From: Macrostomum hystrix
Taxonomy: Eukaryota; Animalia; Platyhelminthes
Length of the DNA: 64,000 nucleotides
Direction of reading: 5' to 3'
Assembly: GCA_950097015.1 (NCBI GenBank)
Contig: CATNEN010000038.1
Span: 8,928,001 to 8,992,000, forward strand
Numbering within the stretch: the first letter of the stretch is position 1; every line of letters starts with the position of its first letter. Shown here piece by piece: positions 25,837 to 36,272 of this stretch. The notes under the pieces are model-generated. The model was given only the letters and a program-made list of their open reading frames with translations, was not told the DNA's origin and did not search any database. Position numbers and translations under genes: made by a program.

Positions 25837-26098
25837 TTTCGGCGCCTCTTTAGTCCACGGACTGAACAGATGAACGCGGCTTTGAAATGCTGTCGGCAGT
25901 AGCTGCGGCCGTGCCATTGACTATTTACCTGGCCCTCTGTCAGTTTTGATTTGTCTATTCCCTCTAGTCATTTCAGTATGCGCTAGTATGCAGTATTATC
26001 TACACCTGATAGATTTCGTATTCGCTTAACTATGCGGCAAGACAGACAGCTTAAAAACCAGCCCCCGGAGAAACAAGCGTTCTTTCATGTGTGTTTTG

Positions 26099-26168
26099 CA
26101 GCCTAGTGGTAATAGCGTACTTGGACTCACGAACTGAAGGTCGTGGGTTCGATTCCCCACTCCACTAG
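26099..26168 (+). mobile_element. tRNA-derived SINE head or tRNA pseudogene (family B)
   Basis: GCAGCCTAGTGGTAATAGCG...GACTCACGA...GGTTCGATTCCCC; A and B boxes; similar to 1045-1112. Confidence 0.55.
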
Positions 26169-26610
26169 AATAATTGGTGAAATTTACGGCCTCAATTTAT
26201 TGATGTGTATTCTCGCGTTCTTCATACCGTAGCCGTGTTGGTAGAAGGTACATAGCTATCTATACGGTACATCACCTGCTTGGCAACAAATTTAGAAAGT
26301 TTCTGCGCATCCGAAAGAGCTCTTTCTAGCTCTTCTCATGCATTAAAGCTAAGCTTTTGAAAACAAGATGCCGCACTCATAACTTGTGTCTCTGAGACTC
26401 AAGCACCCAGCACAATAATGAGCTTGTATAGCTTACCCACAATGTGCTGCATATTTTACATTAAGGATATTTTATAAGTAAATCCTATTTAAATGCCTCG
26501 CTAGACATTTCCATCTAGACTGATGCACACCGACAAGAAAACTAGATAAACATCGTGTGCGTTTAGGATACTCTCTTCATTACTGACACCACGAACTTTA
26601 TTCACTCGCA

Positions 26611-27759
26611 ATGGCCAAGGAGCTGCCAGAAGCAGGGAAGTATGACTGCAATCCGAGGACAGCGCTTCAGGCTGAACTGGGAGGCAAGGCGTGGATCAAG
26701 GAGAAGCAAATTGGAGAAGGCAATTTCGGCAAAGTTTTCATCGGTAATTTCACTCAAGACAAAACTTGCTGATATACCAGTAGGTCCCTGAGCTCGAATC
26801 TGCGGCGAGGCAGCTTGGCAGTATTGATTTTGGGCCAAGCCCCCCAAGGCGCATTGTGCGCTGACTGACGAAGGGCACACCTGTGTAGTGTATTCAGTGC
26901 CAGCGTGTGTGCTTGGGGGGTCAGCGGAACGGCAGACGAGCCAAAACTCGCCTATACAGATTTGCGAATCGCTGTTTGTCTCGTTTCAGGCCGGCTGGAA
27001 GACGGAACGCAGATCGCGGCGAAGCAGATCTCTCTCACAGAAGAATCGCAGGATGACTTGAAGCTGATTGTCAAGCGGGTGGCCAGGGAGATAGCAATCC
27101 TGGAGAAGGTGACCGGAAATCACAAGAACATTGTGCGCTACCTCGGCTGGTCCATCAGCAGTCGGTCAAAGTCGATCTACTTTCTGATGCAGTACATCGA
27201 GGGACCGACCCTGGACACCTGCGTCAAGCAGCTCGATCGATCCATGACCGAGGACGAAATCCGGGACATCACCCGGCAGCTGCTGTCTGCACTGGTATAT
27301 GTCCACGCCAAGGGCATTGTACACAAGGATGTGAAGCCTGACAACATCATCATCAGGTCTAGCGACTTGATTGTGAAGCTGATTGACTTCGGCATCGCTG
27401 GCATCTGCGGTCACAAGCGGGAGTCGGTGGGACCATTGCTGTACTCCGCACCGGAGATCTTCGACGAGAGCCTGCCGCAGAGCACCAAGTGCGACAGCTT
27501 CTCGCTGGGCATCACCGTCTACTTCATGGCCACGAAGAGCCACCCGCTCTTGGATGACGCGGCTTCGGCCGTGTTGCTGGTCGTCATGCCGCAGCTGCTG
27601 TGCATGAAGCTGAAGTCACAGGAGCCACTGCCCGACATGGACTCCAGCCGTTTCTCCAGCGCACTGTGCTCATTTTACAAGCAGAGCACCGCCAAGCACC
27701 CCAACAGCAGGACCTCATGCTCTGAGCTGCTGCTCACCTCGGAGTTCATGACTAGTTGA
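26611..27759 (+). CDS. Ser/Thr protein kinase, non-RD, paralog 1
   Basis: Exons 26611-26743 and 26990-27759. G-loop IGEGNFGKVF, AAK lysine, REIAILE alphaC, HKDVKPDN catalytic loop, DFG, YSAPE, DSFSLG. Confidence 0.9.
26780..26930 (+). mobile_element. Degenerate SINE family A fragment in the intron of kinase 1
   Basis: GGTCCCTGAGCTCGAATCTGCGGCGAGGC and GGGGTCAGCGGAACGG match the family A head and body. Confidence 0.55.
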
Positions 27760-28274
27760 AATGGATAGAAGCAGTTGAATTGTCATATATTCTAGGTGTA
27801 AAAGCCATCAGCTTAATTGAAAAAAAAATACTTTTTTATTTTTACAAGTTCAAAAAAGTCCAGAGAACCAGGAATTTCACAACGCCTAAACTTCACTGAT
27901 GCAATACATCAAAAATTGGAACTTATGTTGTGAGTCATTCTCTCTCACCCTGACTTGCGTATTCGTATTCTCTCACCCCTGACACTCCTGATTGGCTGAC
28001 CCCCAATCTTGCTTTCACCCACCCCCGCCGCCATCCTCGCTGCGAAAACAGGCGAAATTGAGTCAATTTAGTGCAAATACGAGTAACTGCTCGCAAAGTA
28101 AAATTACAAGAAAAAAGCATTGAAAACTAGCTAGGAGTAGAAGGACAGCAAAAAAATGTTTCCTAGAAACATTTTCACGCATAGGATATTGGCCTAGTAA
28201 ATAAATTATTATACGTTTACACTTGTCGGAAATAAGGCTTTCTCAAACTTGTTGGAGCAAAGACATTTTTTATA

Positions 28275-29019
28275 ATGTCTCGAGTCAAATTTGCATCACG
28301 GCTGTGTGCATGCGCACTGTTCTGCTGGTCGCCCAGACCTCCATGACGGACTGGTCTCGAGAGTTTCACAGCCTGCTAAACGCCAGCCTCTGCATCAGCA
28401 GCGAGTTCACCGCGACTCACAACACCAGCCATGACAGCGCCTGCGCCATACTCTGCCGCTTCAACCAACGCTGCCAGGCCTTCACAACGGCTGACGGCCT
28501 GTGCCGGCTGTTCGTGTTCGATAAGTGCAGCAAGTCGGTGAAGAACTGCAGCGGCTGCTCCAGGAGAGGCCGGGTGTTTGTGAGGCAGCAACCCGGCGAT
28601 CTGTGTCCTCCTGGCTATGGAAATGAGCTTTGCGGACTGAAATACAACATGCTCACTCGCACCGTCGTCTGGCCAGTGCAGAAGCAGAGATGCGAGTCCG
28701 AGAGCGAGCTGGCAATCTTGGCCGAGGCGGTGAGCGGCTCGGAGATGTGCTACATTAGCGTCTACGGCTCGCAGACTTTCTTCCTTGGTGGCAGGCAACT
28801 TCCAGGCAGTCAGGAGCCGGCAGGTGGCTGGCTGTGGGCCGCCTGCAACATCACGCTGGACGTCAGCGTGTGGGCCGGGTCGGAGCCCAGCAACAGTGGT
28901 GGCGGTGAGGACGCGGTCATTCGTGAATCATTCATTCATTCAGAGCCAACCTCACCGACGTCGATGGAAATTCACCGCCAAGGAGGGCCTTGTGCCAGTG
29001 CACCTCGCCGTTCGATTGA
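28275..29019 (+). pseudogene. PAN/apple + C-type lectin domain protein with two apparent frameshifts
   Basis: CAILC...RCQAF....CRLF (PAN); CPPGY, QRCE, FFLGG, GWLW, WAGSEPSN..GED (CTL). The CTL end (RANLTDVDGNSPPRRALCQC*) is in another frame after a (TCAT)3 run at 28928. The signal-peptide start MSRVKFASRLCACALF (28275) is in another frame before about 28320. Confidence 0.65.
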
Positions 29020-30056
29020 CACCAATTCACCAAAGCAATTTATGAGATTACTCAAACCTTTCTGATCCTGCCAGAAGTATTGTAGGGAAGACGAAATTAA
29101 GAAAGTAGGCGTTTGTTTTGAAACTTTACAAATGCTAGCGTACTAAAAACAGCTGGCAGTATTTTTAGACACAAAATTATTTGCACTTAAACCAGAACAG
29201 TCAATGGCCAATGTACGTTTTTCTTATTCTAGCTGCAGTTTAGACAATGCAACAAACGATGCTGGCTATGTAGATCAGTTGTCAGTGTCTGCCTACGGTC
29301 GCGCATGCCGTAGCTATTTGTTAGCGATCAATGGTAAATGGTAGCCAAATTTGACGGTCGCGATATCGGCATGTGATAAGCGGGTGCGCGTAGAGTGAAG
29401 GGCAGTGCTCGATGAGCTGATACGGTACAATCGGGCTGTTCATTTTCGTACACAAAAGGGTCGGCCTCGACGGACCAGTTGTTGATCAGTGTATACATAA
29501 AATAAATGAGGCGTAAGCTAGGTCGTGGTTCATTTGTGCTTTGTTTAATAATGATTAGAAACGGAGAGGGTTCACGATTGAGCAATCGAAGGCTGCGTAT
29601 ACTCGTAGTTATAGTTGTTTTAAATGATTCTAGAACCAAGAACATTATGGAAATAGCCATGGCGGGAATACAAATTAAAATTAACATTTCTAGACTTTCT
29701 CTATATGGCATTAACATTTTGCGACGTCTCTACAAATTTTAGTCTTAACTTTGACAAAAAAAGAAATTAGCTCGTATTACTGTGTTTTAATGCGAGCATT
29801 ATTTGAATACTTTTCCTTTTGTAAAAATCAATATTTTTAGAATTCAAATGCACTTTCCTTCACTCGTAGGTTTAAAATTAGACATGACTAAACTACTACA
29901 AGCGAAAAACAAGGTACCAAAAATTTCTATATGTGACCGATATTGTATGCTTCTAAAAGCATAATTCGAAGCTAGCTCATGCATTGGCATCTGCAAACAA
30001 TATCTCTTCGAGAATCTCTCGTGTGAATAAATTTCTTGTTGATCAAACTGGTGAAA

Positions 30057-31107
30057 ATGGCTGAAGTTGCGGACAAGTACGACTGCAATCCTAGAAGAGC
30101 TCTTCGCGAAGAACTGCACGGAACCTCCTGGACAAAGGAAGACCAAATCGGCGAAGGATGCTTCGGCAAAGTTTTTAAAGGTAACACGGGGTTTATTTGG
30201 AAGATTTGATTAACTCTAAAAGTTTTCTAATCCTTGTGTGAACTACCCTTTGTATATCTGACTTATTCATCATGCTTCGCCCGTAGGCAGACTCCAAGAT
30301 GGGACAATGATCGCGGCCAAACAGGTGTCGCTGAAGGCGAGCTCCGTGCAGCAGATTATGACACTGGTGGAGCGAGTGGCGAAGGAGATGGCAATCCTAG
30401 AATCCGTGACGGGCTCTCACAAGAACATTGTCCGCTACCTCGGCTGGTCAATCAGCAGTCGGTCAAAGTCGATCTACTTTCTGATGCAGTACATCGAGGG
30501 ACCGACCCTAGACTCATACGTCAAGAAGAAGGATGAACCCCTGACGGAGGCGGAGATTAGAGTCATCACCAGACAGTTGCTGTCTGCACTCGTGTTTGTC
30601 CACGCCAAGGGCATTGTGCACAAGGATGTGAAGCCTGACAACATCATCATCAGATCGAGCGATAATGTCGTAAAATTAATAGACTTCGGCATCGCTGGCA
30701 TCTGCGGTCACAAGCGGGAGTCGGTGGGACCATTGCTGTACTCCGCACCGGAGATCTCTGACGAGAGCCTGCCGCAGAGCACCAAGTGCGACAGCTTCTC
30801 GCTGGGCATCACCGTCTACTTCATGGCCACGAAGAGCCACCCGCTTATAGACGAAAATGATCCTTGCACGCTGTTGCTTCTGCTCCTGCCGCAAATGCTC
30901 CAGCTGAAGATGAAATCTCAGGAGCCACTGCCCGACATGGACTCCAGTCGATTCTCGGGCGCCCTGTGCTCATTTTACAAGCAGAGCACCGCAAAGCACC
31001 CCAACAGCAGAGCCTCATGCTCTGAGCTGCTGCTCACCTCGGAGTTCATGACAGGCCGGAGGCCCACAATGGCTCCTGTCGAAGTTTCCAACTGCGCAAT
31101 TCTTTAG
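30057..31107 (+). CDS. Ser/Thr protein kinase, non-RD, paralog 2
   Basis: Exons 30057-30180 and 30287-31107; same intron position and motifs as paralog 1 (IGEGCFGKVF, HKDVKPDN, DFG, YSAPE). Confidence 0.9.
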
Positions 31108-32137
31108 GCGAGAAAAGCAAGTTTTTTTTCGAGGAAATTCGTTAAACTTAAACAACATTTTTGTGGATATGTTTCAAAATTCCATGTACTTGAATGTGAC
31201 GCATGTGTAAACTGACCAAAAATTTACTCAATATCTTTGATCTTGTGGTTGTACTGCGAAGTCATTCATTAAATGAAGGAATGCAATTTCTTAGAATGTT
31301 GAAATACGTTTTTGTAGTCCCATTAAGTCATTACCCCAGTTTATGAAATTCCCTGATAGTTCATACCTCGATCAGTATGTCCATTCCTAGTTTTTGCCAT
31401 TTTGTTGCCGAAATCAGGTACTGCATATATATAACTTTTACGCTTGTAGTAATTGACTCTTAAACTTAATTATCTGTATTACAGAACTTTTTAAAAGAAT
31501 CTGTCATCATCCTTTTTGACTACTTGAAGCGATAGTAGTGAGCACGACATTTTGAGACCTAAAACCAGAAAGGTATTTTCATATTTTTTTTATTCCAATT
31601 TTAAGACGTGCTAAAAATAGAACAATAAAACTGAACAAAAAAGCCAAAAATAGTCGACAAACCCAGCAATAAACTTGCCGATGCGGAAAATTTTCTCAAT
31701 TTTCCCTATAAATCTCTCCGAAAGTGAGCAAATCTATATCTATATTTTTTTTTGAAAATCATTCAAATAAATCTTCTGAACTTTCCTCGCCCAAAACCGG
31801 ACCGAGGCCGCTATAAACTGCCCCACCCCGCTGCAGCTGTGCAAACACTGACAGCTCCATTGTGGCTCTGGGCCATAGAGCTCGCAGTGTAGACCCTATG
31901 AAGAGACTAACTTAGACTAAGGAACTAAGTTTCCTAAAATAAAAAAGTTTGTGGCTGCTTCTCGCTGTTTTTTTAATTTGTACTTTCTCTGCACTTTTTC
32001 TGTGTTTGATTGCACGCTGGTCATATTTATATTCATATTTACTCTGGTATTTTAATCGATTTCAGTCTGAAATTATTGGTGAAAACATCGATTTCGTATT
32101 ATTGTTCCCCTTTATCTCCTCATGCCCTCTTCTGTTC

Positions 32138-32167
32138 CTAATAATAATAATTATTATTATTATTACT

Positions 32168-32198
<31 letters not shown>

Positions 32199-32481
32199 TT
32201 GCAGGAGGGCTGCGGGCGATGGCACATCATTTGGTGACTCTATACCCGCAGCCGGCAAAGAGGCCATTCTGCCCATTTCGCTGACTCCTGAGCACATTTC
32301 GCTGACTACTGTACGCAGGCATGCGCTCACACAGGTGTGTACAGCTGCCCTGACTTTCTCGTCGTCAGCCATTGTACACTCTCACTGTGCCTTGGAGGTT
32401 GGCCAAAATTGTACGACAAGCCCCCAAAGCCTTCTCTCCGAGAGAGTGCGAGAGAGGCAAACGCGTTAAGCGCTCTGCCAT
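32138..32481 (-). mobile_element. SINE family A, reverse orientation, with long (AAT/TAT)n tail
   Basis: Reverse complement of the family A head (TGGCAGAGCGCTTAACGCGTTTGCCTCTCGC) and body. Confidence 0.78.
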
Positions 32482-33246
32482 TGAAACTAGCATTTGTTTT
32501 GTCCATTCTCAGATCAGTTTGTTTATTAATTTACATTTTAAATATGTCAGTTGTATAGGTATACGTATATATGTCAGTTGATCATTGACAGCCACCATAT
32601 AGCTAGCGACCATTAGATTGACGCGCATTTATTAATAAATGTTTTATTGTTTTTATTTTGAAACTTAACCGTGGGTACTTTATTGACTTTAGAAAAAATT
32701 CAAACAAATTTTATCATGCATTTCTTGAATACCATGCCAGTGTTGGCGACACTTGAACATTGTAAAAGTGCAATATGACACATAAATAGCATATGACGTG
32801 ATACCTGCACACCTACTAAGCTATAGTATGCTTAATAAGAATTAGGCCCACTTCTTGGCAGCCGAAATTTCGACACAGACGCGAAAAATCAAGATAAAAC
32901 ATGTCAGCAAATATTTTTCAATTATTTTAGTCTGACTGATTGCCGGGAACACTCGGCCCAGTTGTTCGGTGGTCTTATCAGCAACTCAACGCCAGAGCAC
33001 CCGTCTCATGTGTCTCTAGGAAGTACGAATTAAAAATTACAAAACAATTAACTCGCTACGTCGCATCCAAAGAGACAATTAAAAGTGCATTTCTTTGGAT
33101 CGAGCAACCAGAAACTATTCTAAAATGGTCGATGAAAAATATGAAAATAAGCTTCGTTCAAAAAAAAATGAAAGGGTATATGGCCTTCATGTGACATTTT
33201 GACGCAGCAGATTGTTTCTCCAGTTGAGGTTCGTGTCAATTGGCGA

Positions 33247-33762
33247 TCACTCGTTAACCTTTTGCACCTCAGTTCCAGATGGCTTCTCTGCCACATCGGT
33301 CACCAGAGGCTCTTCCAGCTTCTCAGACTCCGACTCTTTCTTCTCCCGGTCGTTCTGCTTCCGCTTCGAGTCCTCAGCCTTCTTACTCAGGTTTCCTTGG
33401 GTGTCCTCCTGGTGTTGGCCCGCCTCGGCTTTGTCCCTCCGCTTGGCCAATTCGGCCAGCGTGGGCTTGGCATCGTGGCTGACATGTCTATGGTAGAAAG
33501 TATCCGCGTCCGAGTTCACCTGGCCCCACCAGCGCCGGAACCTGCCACAGATGGTGGGATCCTCTTGCTTCTGCTGCTTCTTCTTCTGGTTGTTTCGGAA
33601 CCAGCGCTGGATACAGACGGCGGCGCCCGCTTCGCCGTGAAGTTTGGCGCCTTTGCGGCGTCGCTTGTCGAGCTCCTCCTGCTGCTTGTGGAGCTGCTTC
33701 TGCTGCAGCTTATTGACGGTGGAGCCGGTCAGCTGCGGGCACGTGAGGTGAAACGATTGCAT
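33247..33762 (-). CDS. Small hydrophilic K/E/Q-rich protein with one IQ (calmodulin-binding) motif
   Basis: 171-aa ATG-started ORF in a GC-rich island; AAVCIQRWFRNNQKKK fits the IQxxxR pattern. Confidence 0.6.
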   Translation of the reverse strand: MQSFHLTCPQLTGSTVNKLQQKQLHKQQEELDKRRRKGAKLHGEAGAAVCIQRWFRNNQKKKQQKQEDPTICGRFRRWWGQVNSDADTFYHRHVSHDAKPTLAELAKRRDKAEAGQHQEDTQGNLSKKAEDSKRKQNDREKKESESEKLEEPLVTDVAEKPSGTEVQKVNE

Positions 33763-34171
33763 AGTTCACTGTTTAACAGTAGTAAGACCACGCTGGGAAG
33801 GACCATACGCGGGTATTTCAAATTTGCCCATTTTCTGGAATATTTTAGGAGATACAGAAAAATATCCCCGTGGTCTACTGTTAATCGAGCATGCAGAGCT
33901 TTGAACAATAGCATCTCCTCAAATTGCTATCGAATATGCACAATGCTCCAAGAGGACTGAACAGATTTCAGTGCTTCTTCGATTGTTTCAGCGTATCTAA
34001 CAACCAACAAAGACCACATGGAAATACAAGGACGGAAAACTACGTTTCTTAGGAAAACATTTCCCGAGTTGGTAGTCTACCTTTTCGGAAGAAAGCGGCC
34101 TCCTAATATTTTTCTAAGAAACCCAAGCTTCCCATCTTACTACTCCTAGTGGTTCTTGACTACCAAATCAT

Positions 34172-34310
34172 TTCGCTGACTCCTGAGCACACACGCACAC
34201 AGATACTGTAAGCAGGCTCACACATCGTCAGGTAGTGTACACCCTTCTGTGTACACTACCTGTACACTTCTTTGGTCTTCAATGGCGCGAATTGCACTGA
34301 AAGCCACAAG
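34172..34310 (-). mobile_element. SINE family A fragment
   Basis: TTTCGCTGACTCCTGAGCACACACGCACACAGATACTGTA is the reverse complement of the family A body. Confidence 0.6.
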
Positions 34311-36272
34311 TTAATATCATTAAAATGAGTTTGAAACTGAAATTAACGTCAACTAGCGTATTAACGTCAGTTTTTTATATTGAACATTTTATTCGATATA
34401 AATTCGATTTAGTTTTTGTGAAGTCAGTTCACAATAGTTAAGTGACCCGTATTCATTTATCTCATACTTATCGTACCTTCAAGAATATTGTATTATAAAT
34501 TTTAAAGCAAAAAAAACGAAGGCTGTTTCACCCAATTTAAGCTTAATCGATTGGCGTACGGATCCAAGCACTGCCTTCAAGCTAATCCCTAATTCCCTTC
34601 TATTCTCTAAGAGCAAATCCAATCTACGCAGTCAATCAGATTATTTCACTGAAACTCATATAGCGCACTATAGCTGTATAAAACCGTTTCGCTTAGATTT
34701 AGGGGAGAATTTTCCCGTTTCGAGGGACAAAAAATGTCGCCAACGAATCCCTACTCACCAGGTTCATGCTCAGACGAGAACGGAAGCGGCAGAATAGCGC
34801 AGTGTTTCACAAAATTCTTCACAAATTCTTCAAATCCCTTGATCTTAGTCTTGCTGCTGCTGCTGTTGCTGCTGTTGCTTCTTCCGGGTGCTGCAGATCG
34901 CAGGGGGGGGAGTTGAATTTATACCCTCCTGTTTGTTGTGCCAAGGACGAAAAACCCACACTAACCATTCCGCGGGCCCACAAACATTGATTTTGCCTAA
35001 CAATGTCTATCTGCCCGAATCATTATTCCTTGCCAGGTCTCGTCCAGCAAGTGGGTACTCAATCCTTCTGTCCAATCAGGCCTCTCTACTTATGCGCTGC
35101 GCTCGCCTTTGGGAAGCCTTTGCCATAACCACCTTGTCTAATAGACACTTGGCTAAAGCAACGAGCCTCCCAAAATCTTCCCAAAAAAATCATTTGCCCG
35201 TGACAAAGTGCGCATGCTCTATGGTGCGTCCTATTGGGTTAGTTTTTTTGCCAAAAGTAAGTACAGGGCGCTAAAACAGACAGTAAGAGTGTACACAGAT
35301 GGTCAGGAGGGCTGGTGATAGCATGTCAGGTGAGTTTGGATTGGCGCAAGCAATTGTTCGTTAGCCGCATTGTTGGCTTCGAAAAGTTATTTATGCACCT
35401 AAATATATTTCATTGTCAATACGAATGAAGTGCCAAGAATAACCTTATGGGCCGAAAATGTAAAAACTTTTTTCTGTCATTTTTTATTTGAATAGTAAAA
35501 ACATATTGTTCTACTTACAGTAACAACAACAACAAATTACGCAGTCTCCCAGCTTTTGCAGCTCTCCCAAATGATGCGGCAGCCCATAGCACTTATGGAA
35601 TTAATATTATTATTACGCAGTAACCACAGTCTCAAATTTGATATGTGATGAGTGTCCTGGTACGACCAAAATCTAACGTCTTTACTTTTCTTGAACTAGG
35701 CCGGGGTTCAACCTTGAACTATTTGCCTGACACTAGCATGTATATCTCAGTCTGCACTGAGCAAATAGACACTTCACTGTGTGGGAACAACATGTCAAGA
35801 TCCTATTCTTTCGATGAGTCCTGATGACTCTGACAGGTGGCTGTCCTGGTTGTCAAGGTTGTCACTTGTAGCAAAATGATTCTGGCTGAACCTGTTCAGC
35901 AGAGAAACGTGACCGAATTTCTATTTTAATTTTATTTCAATTTTCTAACATTCCCTATTTTGATTTCATAGTGAATGAAGATTGATGGCGCATTATCGCT
36001 GAAAAACTCCTAGCTAGATAATTTCTATCGCTTCCCCTACATGAACCTGATTGGCGGACACGGTGGAATGCAATCATTAATAGAGCTTTGATTGATAGTC
36101 CTTTCGAAGTACAGAAAGCAGCTACGAGCTATAAGTGCTCAAGTGTGGAAATGCCTTAAAACGATCAGCGTATTTAGCACCATTCCCAGTTATCCGTCAT
36201 CAAACAGTGAATTTTTTAATTGATCAAGAAGTTGTCGTACTATTTCGGAGTGTTGCATTCACATTTTCAGCA

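Noticed and set aside
33199-33960. 253-aa plus-strand hydrophobic ORF
   Set aside because: Antisense shadow of the K/E/Q-rich IQ protein.
34734-35274. Short ORFs upstream of the GPCR, including a poly-Leu stretch
   Set aside because: The Leu run comes from a CTG microsatellite; no recognisable domain; may be 5' UTR.
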